Assembly: GCF_058153355.1 (NCBI RefSeq)
Contig: NZ_CM177019.1
DNA: 64,000 nucleotides
Direction: 5' to 3' (one strand)
The notes under the pieces are model-generated. The model did no database searches. It was not told the origin of the DNA and saw only the letters and a list, made by a program, of their open reading frames with translations. Position numbers and translations under genes: made by a program. Below, piece by piece: positions 10,434 through 21,739 of the stretch. How positions within the stretch are numbered: the first letter of the stretch is position 1; each line of letters begins with the position of its first letter.

Positions 10434-11894
10434 TTACAGCGCAGCCACACACTCGCGCGCACCGCGTTCACACAGCTGCTGATATGCCGCCGTCACCGCG
10501 CCAACAAAGTCGGCATTCTGCGGCAGATCATCGGCAAAAATACCGCTCAGGCCCAGCAGCGCTTTCACGCGGTCTGCGCCCTGATACTGCGCGTTGATCT
10601 TCTGGAACTCCGCCAGCATCGGGTCGACCACGTCAATAGCATTACCCTGCTCATCCACGCCCTGGGTGTAACGCATCCAGCCAGCCACGCCCAGCGCCAG
10701 ATGACGCCAGCTACCACCGTTTTGCAGGTGCAGACGCACCGGATCCAGCAGACGCTGCGGTAACTTCTGGCTGCCGTCCATCGCAATCTGCCAGGTACGG
10801 TGACGCAGAGACGGGTTGCTGAAACGCTCGATCAGCAGCGTCGCATAGGCGTTCAGGTCCGTACCTTCCGGCATCGACAGCGTTGGCGCTTGTTCCTGCA
10901 TCATCAGGGCAAAGGCCGCTTTGCGATAATCCGGATTAGTCATGGTGTCGGCAATAGTTTCATAGCCGCCGAGGTAACCGAGGTACGCCAGGAAAGAGTG
11001 GCTACCGTTCAGCATACGCAGCTTCATCATTTCGAACGGCACAACGTCTGCAACAAACTGTGCGCCCACTTTATCCCAGTCCGGGCGACCATTAACAAAG
11101 TTATCTTCAATCACCCACTGACGGAACGGTTCGCAGGCAATGGCGCACGGGTCGTAAACACCCAGCTGGTCAGCAATTTCCTGTAAGGTTTCTGGCGTCG
11201 CCGCCGGAACGATGCGGTCAACCATGGTGCACGGGAAGGTGACGTTCTCTTCAATCCATGCCGCCAGCTGTGGATCACGCGCCTGAGCCAGCCCCAGAAC
11301 CGCGACCTTCGCCACATGACCGTTTTCACGCACGTTGTCGCAGGACATCACCGTAAACGCTTTCAGCCCTTTTTCACGACGCAGGCGCAAGGCTTCGACG
11401 ATGTAACCAATCGCGGACTTCGGCGCAGTCGGGTTTTCCAGATCGTGCTTAATCAGCGGATTATTGAGATCCAGCTGACCGCTTGCCGCATCGGCGCAAT
11501 AACCTTTCTCTGTGACCGTCAGGGAGACAATCGCCGTCTGCGGACGCGCCATCGCGTTGAGAATACCTTCACAACCGTCGATTTCCGGGTGCAGCGCTTC
11601 TTTCATCGAGCCAATAATTTTCAGCTCGGTGCTTTCTGCGCCTTTTTCCGCCACGGTATACAGCAGTTGCTGTTTTTTCAGGTTTTCGATCAGCACGCGG
11701 TCGTTACCTGGCATCAGGTTAACTTCGCAGATCCCCCAGTCGCTATCCGTGCTTTCCAGCAGGTGATGGGTGTACAGCGCCTGGTGCGCGCGGTGAAACG
11801 CCCCGCAACCGAGATGCACAATGCGTGATTCCAGACGAGAATGATCCCATGACGGGCGGGCAACCGGCAGATTGCTGTCAACAATAGTAGTCAT
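10434..11894 (-). CDS. uxuB: D-mannonate oxidoreductase
   Basis: 486 aa long-chain mannitol/mannonate dehydrogenase family; operon with uxuA. Confidence 0.92.
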   Translation of the reverse strand: MTTIVDSNLPVARPSWDHSRLESRIVHLGCGAFHRAHQALYTHHLLESTDSDWGICEVNLMPGNDRVLIENLKKQQLLYTVAEKGAESTELKIIGSMKEALHPEIDGCEGILNAMARPQTAIVSLTVTEKGYCADAASGQLDLNNPLIKHDLENPTAPKSAIGYIVEALRLRREKGLKAFTVMSCDNVRENGHVAKVAVLGLAQARDPQLAAWIEENVTFPCTMVDRIVPAATPETLQEIADQLGVYDPCAIACEPFRQWVIEDNFVNGRPDWDKVGAQFVADVVPFEMMKLRMLNGSHSFLAYLGYLGGYETIADTMTNPDYRKAAFALMMQEQAPTLSMPEGTDLNAYATLLIERFSNPSLRHRTWQIAMDGSQKLPQRLLDPVRLHLQNGGSWRHLALGVAGWMRYTQGVDEQGNAIDVVDPMLAEFQKINAQYQGADRVKALLGLSGIFADDLPQNADFVGAVTAAYQQLCERGARECVAAL

Positions 11895-11974
11895 CGTAAA
11901 CTCCAGAATCCGTCTTCAGAGAGTGACGGCAAGGAAGAAGGAACCGGCACGGCGCGCAGCCATGCCGGTGGATA

Positions 11975-13159
11975 TTAACGGCTAAAGAAAGCGCGCTGGA
12001 TCGCCATTTCGACACCGCGAACTTCGGCCAGGCCTTTCAGACGACCAATTGCGGAGTAACCTGGGTTGGTTTTCTTCTTCAGGTCGTCCAGCATCTGATG
12101 ACCGTGGTCCGGACGCATCGGGATCAGGTCTTCTTTGCCTTCCGCTTTACGACGGTGTTCTTCTTCAACAATCGCTTTCACCACTTCGTACATATCAACG
12201 TCACCGTTCAGGTGCGCCGCTTCGTGGAAGGTTTTCGGGTTATCTTCACGCATGGTGGAACGCAGATGGGTGAAGTAAATACGCGGACCGAACTGCTTGA
12301 TCATATCAACCAGATCGTTGTCAGCACGCACGCCGTAGGAACCGGTGCACATGGTGAAACCGTTCGCCATGCTGTTTACGGTATCAACCATCCACTGCAT
12401 ATCTTCAATGGTGGAAACGATACGCGGCAGGCCGAGGATTGGGCGCGGCGGATCGTCCGGGTGAACAGCCATACGCACGCCAACTTCTTCCGCAACTGGA
12501 ATGATCGCCTTCAGGAAGACCGCAAAGTTTTCGCGCAGTTTGGCTTTGTCGATATCTTTGTACAGCTCCAGGTGCTTACGGAACTGGTCAAGGGTGTAGC
12601 CTTCTTCCGCGCCCGGCAGACCGGCAATGATGTTACGGGTCAGACGCGCTTTGTCTTCGTCGCTCATAGTGGCGAAGCGTTCAGCGGCCTGAGCAATTTC
12701 TTCTTCGGTGTAATCCGCTTCCGCGCCTGGACGCTTGAGGATGTGCATTTCAAACGCAGCAAATTCGATCTGGTCGAAGCGCAGAGCTTTGGAGCCGTCT
12801 GGCAGCACGTATTCGAGGTCAGTACGGGTCCAGTCGAGCACCGGCATGAAGTTGTAGCACACGGTGCGAATGCCGCACTGCGCCAGATTGCGCAGGGTCT
12901 GCTGATAGTTAGCGATCCACTGCTCGTAGTTGCCAGTATGAGTTTTGATATCTTCGTGAATTGGCACGCTTTCTACGACAGACCACACCAGGCCTGCGTC
13001 TTCAACGATCGCCTTGCGTTTGAGGATCTCTTCTACGGACCATACTTCCCCGTTCGGGATATGGTGCAAAGCGGTAACCACGCCAGTCGCGCCCGCCTGA
13101 CGGACATCAGCTAAAGTGACCGGATCATTTGGGCCGTACCAGCGCCAGGTCTGTTCCAT
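11975..13159 (-). CDS. uxuA: Mannonate dehydratase (start at [13 protein letters not shown] track extends to 13195)
   Basis: 394 aa; conserved UxuA N-terminus; RBS AGAGGAAAA upstream of the chosen ATG. Confidence 0.93.
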   Translation of the reverse strand: MEQTWRWYGPNDPVTLADVRQAGATGVVTALHHIPNGEVWSVEEILKRKAIVEDAGLVWSVVESVPIHEDIKTHTGNYEQWIANYQQTLRNLAQCGIRTVCYNFMPVLDWTRTDLEYVLPDGSKALRFDQIEFAAFEMHILKRPGAEADYTEEEIAQAAERFATMSDEDKARLTRNIIAGLPGAEEGYTLDQFRKHLELYKDIDKAKLRENFAVFLKAIIPVAEEVGVRMAVHPDDPPRPILGLPRIVSTIEDMQWMVDTVNSMANGFTMCTGSYGVRADNDLVDMIKQFGPRIYFTHLRSTMREDNPKTFHEAAHLNGDVDMYEVVKAIVEEEHRRKAEGKEDLIPMRPDHGHQMLDDLKKKTNPGYSAIGRLKGLAEVRGVEMAIQRAFFSR

Positions 13160-13498
13160 GATTTTTCCTCTTTCACATAGTGGGTTCCACAGCAAAGAGA
13201 CGCGGAACCCTGGAGTTGTTTAGGTATCCGGATGAACAACCAGACCGCAGCCGTGGCATTGCATCGGATGAGATGGCGTATAAGTTCTACCTTTTGGTAA
13301 GACATGTCAACCCGAATTCTAAAATTGGTTAACCACATCACAAGATTTTCACGCGCACGCTCGTTGCTGCAAATTGCAGCAACGGGTAATTGACAGTTAT
13401 TAATCAGAGCGTGTGACATTCATCGCAACAATGGTTGACCAATTTACATAACATGTCGCCCAAAATAACAACGGTTCAACCAGGTAAGGTAAAACGTT

Positions 13499-14842
13499 AT
13501 GCATGTGCTTAACATTCTTTGGGTAGTATTCGGTATCGGCCTGATGCTGGTACTGAATTTGAAGTTCAAAATCAATTCAATGGTGGCTTTGCTAGTGGCG
13601 GCGCTGTCCGTCGGGATGTTGGCGGGCATGGATTTGATGTCGCTGCTGCACACCATGAAAGCGGGCTTCGGCAACACGCTGGGGGAACTGGCAATCATTG
13701 TTGTGTTCGGTGCGGTCATTGGTAAATTGATGGTCGACTCCGGCGCGGCCCATCAGATAGCGCATACGCTGCTGGCGCGTCTCGGCCTGCGCTATGTCCA
13801 GATATCGGTGATTATCATCGGCCTGATTTTTGGTCTGGCGATGTTCTATGAAGTGGCCTTTATCATGTTAGCGCCGCTGGTTATCGTCATTGCCGCCGAA
13901 GCTAAAATTCCGTTCCTGAAACTGGCTATTCCGGCAGTAGCGGCTGCTACCACCGCACATTCACTGTTCCCACCGCAGCCGGGTCCGGTGGCGCTGGTGA
14001 ATGCTTATGGCGCGGATATGGGGATGGTTTATATCTATGGTGTACTGGTGACAATCCCAAGCGTAATCTGCGCAGGCCTGATTCTGCCGAAGTTCCTCGG
14101 TAATCTTGAGCGCCCAACGCCATCATTCCTCAAAGCGGATCAACCGGTGGATATGAATAATCTCCCCTCTTTCGGCGTTTCGATTCTGGTACCGCTGATC
14201 CCGGCGATCATTATGATCTCTACCACTATCGCCAATATCTGGCTGGTCAAAGACACCCCTGCGTGGGAAGTCGTTAACTTTATAGGTTCATCGCCGATTG
14301 CAACGTTTATTGCGATGGTGGTTGCATTCGTACTCTTTGGCACCGCGCGTGGTCATGACATGCAGTGGGTGATGAACGCCTTTGAAAGCGCGGTAAAAAG
14401 CATTGCGATGGTGATTCTGATCATTGGTGCGGGCGGCGTGCTGAAGCAGACCATCATCGACACCGGCATTGGTGACACCATCGGCATGTTGATGTCCCAC
14501 GGCAATATCTCGCCCTACATCATGGCGTGGCTGATCACTGTGCTAATTCGTCTGGCGACGGGTCAAGGTGTGGTTTCGGCGATGACTGCCGCCGGGATTA
14601 TCAGTGCTGCAATCCTTGATCCAGCAACCGGTCAACTGGTTGGCGTGAATCCGGCGCTGCTGGTGCTGGCGACAGCTGCAGGTTCCAACACCCTCACCCA
14701 CATTAATGATGCCTCATTCTGGCTGTTCAAAGGTTACTTTGACCTGTCAGTAAAAGACACGTTGAAAACATGGGGTCTGCTGGAGCTGGTCAACTCCGTG
14801 GTTGGGCTGATTATTGTGTTGATTATCAGCATGGTCGCGTAA
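13499..14842 (+). CDS. gntP: GntP-family gluconate/fructuronate transporter
   Basis: 447-aa polytopic membrane protein; divergent from uxuA as in E. coli. Confidence 0.9.
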   Translation: MHVLNILWVVFGIGLMLVLNLKFKINSMVALLVAALSVGMLAGMDLMSLLHTMKAGFGNTLGELAIIVVFGAVIGKLMVDSGAAHQIAHTLLARLGLRYVQISVIIIGLIFGLAMFYEVAFIMLAPLVIVIAAEAKIPFLKLAIPAVAAATTAHSLFPPQPGPVALVNAYGADMGMVYIYGVLVTIPSVICAGLILPKFLGNLERPTPSFLKADQPVDMNNLPSFGVSILVPLIPAIIMISTTIANIWLVKDTPAWEVVNFIGSSPIATFIAMVVAFVLFGTARGHDMQWVMNAFESAVKSIAMVILIIGAGGVLKQTIIDTGIGDTIGMLMSHGNISPYIMAWLITVLIRLATGQGVVSAMTAAGIISAAILDPATGQLVGVNPALLVLATAAGSNTLTHINDASFWLFKGYFDLSVKDTLKTWGLLELVNSVVGLIIVLIISMVA

Positions 14843-14851
14843 AAGAACGCC

Positions 14852-14874
14852 AGAGCCTGCCAATGGCAGGCTCT
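14852..14874 (+). terminator. Hairpin downstream of gntP (AGAGCCTGCC-AATG-GCAGGCTCT)
   Basis: Perfect 9-10 bp stem seen in sequence; weak T tract, so low confidence. Confidence 0.35.
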
Positions 14875-14889
14875 GTTCGGATTGTCGGC

Positions 14890-14995
14890 AAAGTGCGCTT
14901 TGTTTATGCCAGATGCGACGCTGGCGCGTCTTATCTGGCCTACAAAGGGCTAACGTGCGGGTTTGTAGGTAGCGTAGCGCATCAGGCAATATTGC
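14890..14995. repeat. REP/BIME cluster between gntP and fimH
   Basis: Two inverted REP-like units (GCCAGATGCGACGCTGGCGCGTCTTATCTGGCCTAC ... GTAGGTAGCGTAGCGCATCAGGC). Confidence 0.55.
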
Positions 14996-15026
14996 GTACC
15001 AGCATTAGCAATGTCCTGTGATTTCT

Positions 15027-15929
15027 TTATTGATAAACAAAAGTCACGCCAATAATCGATTGCACATTCCCTGCAGTCACCTGCCCTCCGGTACGTGCGT
15101 AATTTGCCGTTAATCCCAGACTTACCGCCGAAGTCCCTACTGCTCCTAACGATACCGTGTTATTCGCTGGAATAATCGTACCGTTGCGCGTTAACTGTAC
15201 GCCGACGCCCTGTGCTGGTGAAAACGACGCGGTATTGGTGAAAATCGAGTTGCCCGCATCTGCGGTTGTGCCGGAGAGGTAATACCCCAGGTTTTGGCTT
15301 TTCGCACAATAAACGGTAAGAGGAATAGGTACCGAACCGGGATAGTCCGGCAGAGTCACGGTGACATCACGAGCAGAAACATCACAGCCGCCAGTGGGCA
15401 CCACCACATCATTATTGGCGTAAATATTCCACACAAACTGGAAATCATCGCTGTTATAGTTGTTGGTCTGTCGCAAAATAAGCACGGCAATTAATGAGCC
15501 AGCTTTAATCGCCACCCCGCCCGCACTGCTCACAGGCGTCAAATAAAGCGCCACCGGCCACGGCTTATCCGTTCTCGAATTATAAACAACGCGCGGCGTT
15601 TCGCTGGTGGTAGGAAATGGATAGCTACTGCCACTATATTTTACGGTCCCGGAAAAATGAGATAACACGCCGCCATAAGCCGAACCTCGTTGCAGTGTGA
15701 CATAGTCTGTAATGGTTTCCGGGTAATCGTTATGGCAAAAGATTTGCGTCGAAAGATCTACGACCAGGTTTTGCCCCACATTCACGGCGGGCGCAAGGTT
15801 TACATAAACATTGGCGCTGCCACCGCCAATAGGGATAGCGGTGCCATTGGCGGTTTTACAGGCGAATGACCAGGCATTTACCGACCAACCCATCAACAGT
15901 ACAGCAAACAGGGTAATAACTCTTTTCAT
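15027..15929 (-). CDS. fimH: Type 1 fimbrial adhesin FimH (mannose-binding); start at MKRVITL
   Basis: 300-aa precursor; FACKTANGTAIPIGGGSANVYVNLAP lectin domain. Confidence 0.96.
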   Translation of the reverse strand: MKRVITLFAVLLMGWSVNAWSFACKTANGTAIPIGGGSANVYVNLAPAVNVGQNLVVDLSTQIFCHNDYPETITDYVTLQRGSAYGGVLSHFSGTVKYSGSSYPFPTTSETPRVVYNSRTDKPWPVALYLTPVSSAGGVAIKAGSLIAVLILRQTNNYNSDDFQFVWNIYANNDVVVPTGGCDVSARDVTVTLPDYPGSVPIPLTVYCAKSQNLGYYLSGTTADAGNSIFTNTASFSPAQGVGVQLTRNGTIIPANNTVSLGAVGTSAVSLGLTANYARTGGQVTAGNVQSIIGVTFVYQ

Positions 15930-15948
15930 TACAATCATCTCTTCGGAT

Positions 15949-16452
15949 TCAGCTGTAGGTATAGGTGATGCTAATCACTGCCTGAATGGTTCCCTGAGTG
16001 GCTCCGCCATTTACCGTCAATGCTCTGACCTGTAACGGGAAGTGCGCTGATTGTGAGGAATCATCCACCTGAACTGTTTTGGTTGCGCCAGTATTCAATG
16101 TGTTGCCACTGTCATCCTGTAGCTCTAACTGGATGTTTTGCGCGGTCCCCTGGTTTTTATAATATCCCGTACTATCGGCTGCCCCGCTGAAGCTGGCGGT
16201 GACCCTCGATGTTCCCACCGGACAATGAGTCAACTCAAGCGCAACATCATGCCAGGCCGATGCCGCACCGGCAGACACGAGACTGAAAGAATAAAGATCG
16301 CCGAGATCAACCGTGGCATTAGTGGTGGAAACCGTGCACGGTTTGGCGACGACCTTACCGTTCACGGTGATCGTGACATCGGCGGCCTGTAGCGTCGCAC
16401 TTACGAGCGTCAACATTGCCGCCAATAAACACCCACGTATGCGCCATTTCAT
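15949..16452 (-). CDS. fimG: Type 1 fimbrial minor subunit FimG
   Basis: 167 aa pilin-like, position between fimF and fimH. Confidence 0.93.
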   Translation of the reverse strand: MKWRIRGCLLAAMLTLVSATLQAADVTITVNGKVVAKPCTVSTTNATVDLGDLYSFSLVSAGAASAWHDVALELTHCPVGTSRVTASFSGAADSTGYYKNQGTAQNIQLELQDDSGNTLNTGATKTVQVDDSSQSAHFPLQVRALTVNGGATQGTIQAVISITYTYS

Positions 16453-16464
16453 GAGCATCTCCAG

Positions 16465-16995
16465 TTACTGATATTCAAGAGTGAAGGTAGCCGTGGCATT
16501 GATATGCCCCGCAGTGACAGGCACCTGTGTCGCCATTAGCCGGGCGTAAAAATTCAGCGTATTTGGTTTACCCGGCGTCAGGGTCGTCCACGAAATCGCG
16601 GAGGATGGCGCATTAAGGGGGATCTGATTTTGTTGCTCATTCAGAAGCTGTATTCCCAGCCCCGCAGCCGCTGACACCGTATTTTCAAGTGCAAGCAGGT
16701 TGGCATTGTGACTATCTGCAACGCCGGTAAACCCAACCTTTACGGCAGAAACGGCATTACCACAGGGTGACAGCAAAATACGAAATGGAACGACAGGAGT
16801 CGTCGCGCCAATGTTGTTAAATTGCTTCGCCGCGTTTTCCATCAGATCAACAGTAAAATTGGTTGATTCAGCGGCCACACTACAGCCGTTATCTCTGACA
16901 TAGCCGCGGATAGTAATCGTGCTATCCGCAGCCAAAGCGTGACTTACCGCCAGCCACAAAAAAGCGCACAGAAGATAAAAAGGTTTGCTTTTCAT
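16465..16995 (-). CDS. fimF: Type 1 fimbrial minor subunit FimF
   Basis: 176 aa pilin-like; synteny. Confidence 0.93.
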   Translation of the reverse strand: MKSKPFYLLCAFLWLAVSHALAADSTITIRGYVRDNGCSVAAESTNFTVDLMENAAKQFNNIGATTPVVPFRILLSPCGNAVSAVKVGFTGVADSHNANLLALENTVSAAAGLGIQLLNEQQNQIPLNAPSSAISWTTLTPGKPNTLNFYARLMATQVPVTAGHINATATFTLEYQ

Positions 16996-17004
16996 CACGC
17001 CCCC

Positions 17005-19641
17005 TTAACGACATTCAGCTGATAGCTGGGTTAATAACTGCTGCTGACTCTCTGGTGGCAGTTGATAATTGGCGACACAGTGAGCATTTTCCTCTTCTCC
17101 CCATTTCACCTGAACTTTTCCCGCTAAAGGCATCCCGCTGAGATAAACCTGACCATTATCCGCAACAATGCCGCTACTCTGGCTACTCTCTGATGTGACC
17201 ATCGCCCCAAACGGCAGCGGCTTATTATTGTGGGTTAGCGTCATGAGCAGTTTTATCCCAACACGCGCTTTAAACTCTGCTCGCACAATTGCCCCACGGG
17301 TGGGAACAACGTTAGCGACCGCGTTATCTAAATCGACGTTATCAGCCAGGGTATTGGTATCCAGCGCCACTCTATTTTCCCGATATTCTGTGGCATAAGG
17401 CAGCACGGCATAGCCGCGCCAGTCGGTACGCACCCCCGTCTGGTTTTCAACTTTTGCATCTTTTGCGCCGGGCGTTTTAACAAGCACCACCGTATCGTTT
17501 AACGGCTGCCCCAGCGTTACGCCATTGGCATGAGCCAATACCCCACCGCTGATTCCGTAATAGAGCTGCTTAATATCATCGCTATGGCTGTAACCAATGT
17601 TGGCATTGCCGTAGCCACCGCGATAATTCAGCGCGGCGTAGCCTGTACTTCCGCTATTACCATCGCCTCCCCCGGCATAGCCGGTTTGCACGCTATAGCT
17701 GAGGTTATTGTCTTCCAGCAACGTACCGTATACGCCCGCAAGGTTGGTCATCCGACCGTTGAGATCGTGTGACATGCTGTAGCTGGCACTGGCATGTCGC
17801 CACTGAGATTTACTGTCAGAACGCAGCCAGTGGCTGAAAGGAATATTGATGTTAAGAGCCAACATCTGATCCCGTCCTTTTTGCCACGCGTTTTTCGTCA
17901 GGCTATAGCTGAGCGTCCAGTTGATATCTTCGAAAGCAGTATTTAATCCAGCCTGGAATTGCTCATCGACATTACTCGTTCCCCAATAAGTTTGATGGCT
18001 ACCACTCAAATACAGTGTTGATGTGCGTCCGAGTTGCTGAGTAACAGTGAGCTGTAATTTCCCGCGTTTGTTATAAGCGAGATTGTAATAGTCGGTAAAT
18101 TTCGGCTTAACCTGAATAACACCATCCTGTGTTTCGATGTTGTAGCCACTCATTCGGCTGTATGTTGTATCAGCGAAATTAAAATACCCGCTGGTCGAGT
18201 AACGGTAACCCACTAACTGAAAATTCGTACCTGACTCATTGAGCGATTTGTTATAGAGAAAACGCACCGATTGCCCGTCATGCTGACTGTCATCAGGAAG
18301 TGTGGAATTAGCCTGCGTCATATCCACGGACAGAGCGCCCAGTGCCCCCATGTTTTTCCCGATACCGAAATTAAAAGCGCGATAACGATCCGCCAGTTGC
18401 GTTCCACCATATATTGTCCAGCCAGCCGGAAGGCCGTGGAGTAATGTACTCTGGAAAAAACGGGGTTTATCCTGTTGCGCATTTCCACTACGGTATTCTC
18501 CTGCCGTAATGGAATAACGAGTATGCCCTTCACGTTGCAAAAGCGGGACTGACGAATAGGGTACGGTAAAGATCTGCGTGCTACCGTCAGCCTCTTTAAT
18601 CGTTACCTGCAAGTCACCACTATTACCTGCGGCATAGATATCGTTGATGGTAAAAGGCCCCGGTGGCACCGTACTATTATAAATGTCATACCCATTTTGT
18701 TTAATAGTGACCTGTGCAGTACCACGAGCAATACCGTGGATCACCGGGGCAAATCCTCTTTGGCTATCGGGTAACATATTGTCATCTGAGGCCAATTGTG
18801 CGCCGCGGAAGTTAATACCATCAAAAATATCGCCCTGAGTATAACCATCACCCAGCGTCAGCCGGGAACGCAACGGTATTATGTCTCGCTCAAGCCAGGT
18901 ATTGATATGCTGCCATTTATTTTTGCTACCTGATGAACTGTCGCTACTGTTATAACTCCAGGTGGTATTGTCGCGTAAACGCCATGCACCAATATTTAAC
19001 CCACTCTGTAGGTTTAAATATGCATAATGGCTGTTACCACCAATCCGATTCTGTACACTATTTCCGCTGAAATTATAATTGAGCAATCCGGCATTAATAC
19101 CGGGATCCCATAACTCAGGAGGAATATAACCACGCGCGCGATTACTCATAAATGCCTGAGGGATCGTCAGGTTGAGTCGCTGCTGACCAACATCCAGATG
19201 CGCAGTAGCGTCATGGATCATTGAGGTTAATGGCACGCAGGCATCATCCGCCAGCAGATTCATACCGGAGACAGAAGCCGTATTCAGCCCCATACTGGCA
19301 AGTTGCGCGCGTGTCAGGCAGGGAACAATCCCTTGTTCACTGTCGCCCGTATTAAATGTGACATCACGCGTTGCCATATAACCATTATTCAAATAGATAT
19401 CGACGCGATACGTCCCTGGCGGTAATTCTTGACCATTCTCGAAACGCGATAAATCGGCCACAGCCTGGGGATCATCCGCTAAAAAGCGCGGATTAAAATA
19501 GAGTTCGGCAGATGACAAATGTGCCTGTGCGGCAAAAGCACAGGCGACAAAGAGCCGAACAAAAAAACCAGCCAGACGAGGCTTACGAATATGCAAGCAT
19601 TGTGTGTTTCGCTGGTAAAGTCTTAAATTCAGATATGACAT
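17005..19641 (-). CDS. fimD: Outer membrane usher FimD
   Basis: 878 aa usher-family protein. Confidence 0.96.
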   Translation of the reverse strand: MSYLNLRLYQRNTQCLHIRKPRLAGFFVRLFVACAFAAQAHLSSAELYFNPRFLADDPQAVADLSRFENGQELPPGTYRVDIYLNNGYMATRDVTFNTGDSEQGIVPCLTRAQLASMGLNTASVSGMNLLADDACVPLTSMIHDATAHLDVGQQRLNLTIPQAFMSNRARGYIPPELWDPGINAGLLNYNFSGNSVQNRIGGNSHYAYLNLQSGLNIGAWRLRDNTTWSYNSSDSSSGSKNKWQHINTWLERDIIPLRSRLTLGDGYTQGDIFDGINFRGAQLASDDNMLPDSQRGFAPVIHGIARGTAQVTIKQNGYDIYNSTVPPGPFTINDIYAAGNSGDLQVTIKEADGSTQIFTVPYSSVPLLQREGHTRYSITAGEYRSGNAQQDKPRFFQSTLLHGLPAGWTIYGGTQLADRYRAFNFGIGKNMGALGALSVDMTQANSTLPDDSQHDGQSVRFLYNKSLNESGTNFQLVGYRYSTSGYFNFADTTYSRMSGYNIETQDGVIQVKPKFTDYYNLAYNKRGKLQLTVTQQLGRTSTLYLSGSHQTYWGTSNVDEQFQAGLNTAFEDINWTLSYSLTKNAWQKGRDQMLALNINIPFSHWLRSDSKSQWRHASASYSMSHDLNGRMTNLAGVYGTLLEDNNLSYSVQTGYAGGGDGNSGSTGYAALNYRGGYGNANIGYSHSDDIKQLYYGISGGVLAHANGVTLGQPLNDTVVLVKTPGAKDAKVENQTGVRTDWRGYAVLPYATEYRENRVALDTNTLADNVDLDNAVANVVPTRGAIVRAEFKARVGIKLLMTLTHNNKPLPFGAMVTSESSQSSGIVADNGQVYLSGMPLAGKVQVKWGEEENAHCVANYQLPPESQQQLLTQLSAECR

Positions 19642-19707
19642 TATTCCTCCGGTTTAAAATTACCCGGCAGTCAATTCTTTTTATTCAGGCGAAAAATTCC
19701 CCCTGCG

Positions 19708-20433
19708 TTATTCCATTACGCCCGTCATTTTTGGGGTAAGTGCGCCATAATCATTTATTGTTCGGTAAGTAATGTTGCTTCCTGCATCAGAAGGTAATTT
19801 AACTGTGCTTTCGCCCATTGGAGGCACCAATGCATTTTCAAGAACCCGAGTTCCGGCATTCAACTCTGTTACCGTCAGGTAATAGGGTGTCGGGTTAATC
19901 AGCGTCAGAGAATTCGCGCTACGACGAAATCTTAATTTTTCTGCGGCCTGATCGGGTGGCAACGCTAATTTAGCCGGGCGATAGTACAATTTAATGCGGC
20001 TGATAATTGCGAGCTGTAGCGTATTCTCAATCAATTTTGATTTATCCATTGACGGAATCGCTTTAACGTTCATCCAGAATAAACTTTCCCGATCCTGTGG
20101 CAATTGGTTATTTGTGGCATCAAGAATACGTAAGGTATTCTCTTTTTTTCCCTTCATCGCAAACAGAGGTGGCGTCACGATAAAACGACCATCCTTTACA
20201 CCATCGGCATTTTCCACCCATGATTGAATTAAATAGGTGCTATTTTCATCATTATTTGTCACGGCAAGTTGCACTTGTTTTTGCCCTGCCGGATAAATTA
20301 CGCGAGTCGCACCTAAGGCCACTCCTGCTTCCGCGCGTCCGGCAGCCATCATTGCCATGATCATCAGGATACCTGCCAGCAAGCAGAATGTTATTTCCTG
20401 CAATTTCCTTACATTGACGTTTTTATTACTCAC
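19708..20433 (-). CDS. fimC: Periplasmic chaperone FimC
   Basis: 241 aa PapD-like chaperone. Confidence 0.96.
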   Translation of the reverse strand: MSNKNVNVRKLQEITFCLLAGILMIMAMMAAGRAEAGVALGATRVIYPAGQKQVQLAVTNNDENSTYLIQSWVENADGVKDGRFIVTPPLFAMKGKKENTLRILDATNNQLPQDRESLFWMNVKAIPSMDKSKLIENTLQLAIISRIKLYYRPAKLALPPDQAAEKLRFRRSANSLTLINPTPYYLTVTELNAGTRVLENALVPPMGESTVKLPSDAGSNITYRTINDYGALTPKMTGVME

Positions 20434-20469
20434 TGTCCTGTTCCTGTTATCACATTATCTGCTGAACAA

Positions 20470-21009
20470 TTACTGATAGGTTAAAGAGAACCAGGCCTGA
20501 GCATTGGCGATGCCGCCAGTAACCCGACGCCCGGTAGCACGATATTTGGCGATGAAATGTAACGACGTAGAGCCTGAGTAAAGTCGTTTCCAGTTTGCTG
20601 GAGGACGATTAATCGGTACAAGGTTTCCTTCATCATCAAACAACGCTACGCCAATATTGGTGGCAATCCCTGGCCCCTCTCCCACGGAAAGCACATCCGG
20701 ATTTTTACCATCCGCGACACCGTGAAACGCCACACCCACACGTTCACTCACCACCGTGCTACATTCCCGTAAATGAATAACAAAAGGCACCGGTGCGCTA
20801 TCTTCCCCAACCGCATGAAACCGGTTACTGCTGATTTGCCTCATATTGACCGTCATTTGTTTATCACCAGCTTCAATCCGGCAAGCTTCTGCAATAATGA
20901 CGCCCTGAAATTGCATATTTCCGCCGGGCAACGTGGTGTTCCATTTATTTCCGGCCAGAGCAAACATTGGCAGCAACGACGCTAATAGAAATAATCTCTT
21001 CCTTTTCAT
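20470..21009 (-). CDS. fimI: Fimbrial protein FimI (start at [12 protein letters not shown] track extends to 21141)
   Basis: 179 aa pilin-like; between fimA and fimC. Confidence 0.9.
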   Translation of the reverse strand: MKRKRLFLLASLLPMFALAGNKWNTTLPGGNMQFQGVIIAEACRIEAGDKQMTVNMRQISSNRFHAVGEDSAPVPFVIHLRECSTVVSERVGVAFHGVADGKNPDVLSVGEGPGIATNIGVALFDDEGNLVPINRPPANWKRLYSGSTSLHFIAKYRATGRRVTGGIANAQAWFSLTYQ

Positions 21010-21073
21010 CGTTATTTTTATCGCACAAGGGTGGGCATCCCTGCCCATAATGACGTCCCTGAACCTGGGTAGG

Positions 21074-21622
21074 TTATTGATACTGAACCTTGAAAGTCGC
21101 ATCCGCATTAGCAGCACCTGGGGTTGCGGCACCGGTTGCAAAGTAACGCGCCTGGAACGGAATGGTGTTAGTACCGTTATTCAGGGTTGTTTCTGCACTA
21201 AATGTCGCACCGTCCAGCGCCAGTGCAGCACCCGTTCTGTCCAGGATCTGCACACCAACGTTTGTTGCACTACCTGCAGCAGAACTCTGCAGAGCCAGAA
21301 CGTTGGTATGAGTCGCATCAATCGCCGTACCTAAAAAGGCAACAGCGGCTTTTGATGCAACATTGGTATCGCAATCATTCAGCTGAATGTTAAAACCGAC
21401 AGCAGAACTGGTTGCTCCGTCCTGTGCCAGCGATGCGGCACGAACCTGTCCTAACTGAACGGTTTGATCAACAGAGCCTGCATCAACTGCGCAAGCGGCG
21501 TTAACAACTTCCCCTTTAAAGTGAACGGTCCCACCATTAACCGTCGTGGCAGCGGCCAGAGCCGCTGTAGAACTGAGGGACAGAGCCGACAGAACAACGA
21601 TTGCCAGAGTTTTAATTTTCAT
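21074..21622 (-). CDS. fimA: Type 1 fimbrial major subunit FimA (start at [12 protein letters not shown] track extends to 21778)
   Basis: 182 aa; signal peptide [24 protein letters not shown]-terminal ...FKVQYQ. Confidence 0.96.
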   Translation of the reverse strand: MKIKTLAIVVLSALSLSSTAALAAATTVNGGTVHFKGEVVNAACAVDAGSVDQTVQLGQVRAASLAQDGATSSAVGFNIQLNDCDTNVASKAAVAFLGTAIDATHTNVLALQSSAAGSATNVGVQILDRTGAALALDGATFSAETTLNNGTNTIPFQARYFATGAATPGAANADATFKVQYQ

Positions 21623-21739
21623 GCTGCTTTCCTTTAAAAAACTATTTCTAAATCGACATGGGCAGTCGTTCTGTACACTTTGTTTTGAAACGAATTGGAC
21701 TGCCAACACTGCACAGTTCTTCCCCAAAAGATGAAACAT

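Noticed and set aside
12098-13114. 338-aa ORF antisense to uxuA
   Set aside because: Fully nested on the opposite strand of a well-supported conserved gene; Arg/Val/Phe-rich product typical of antisense frames in GC-rich coding DNA.
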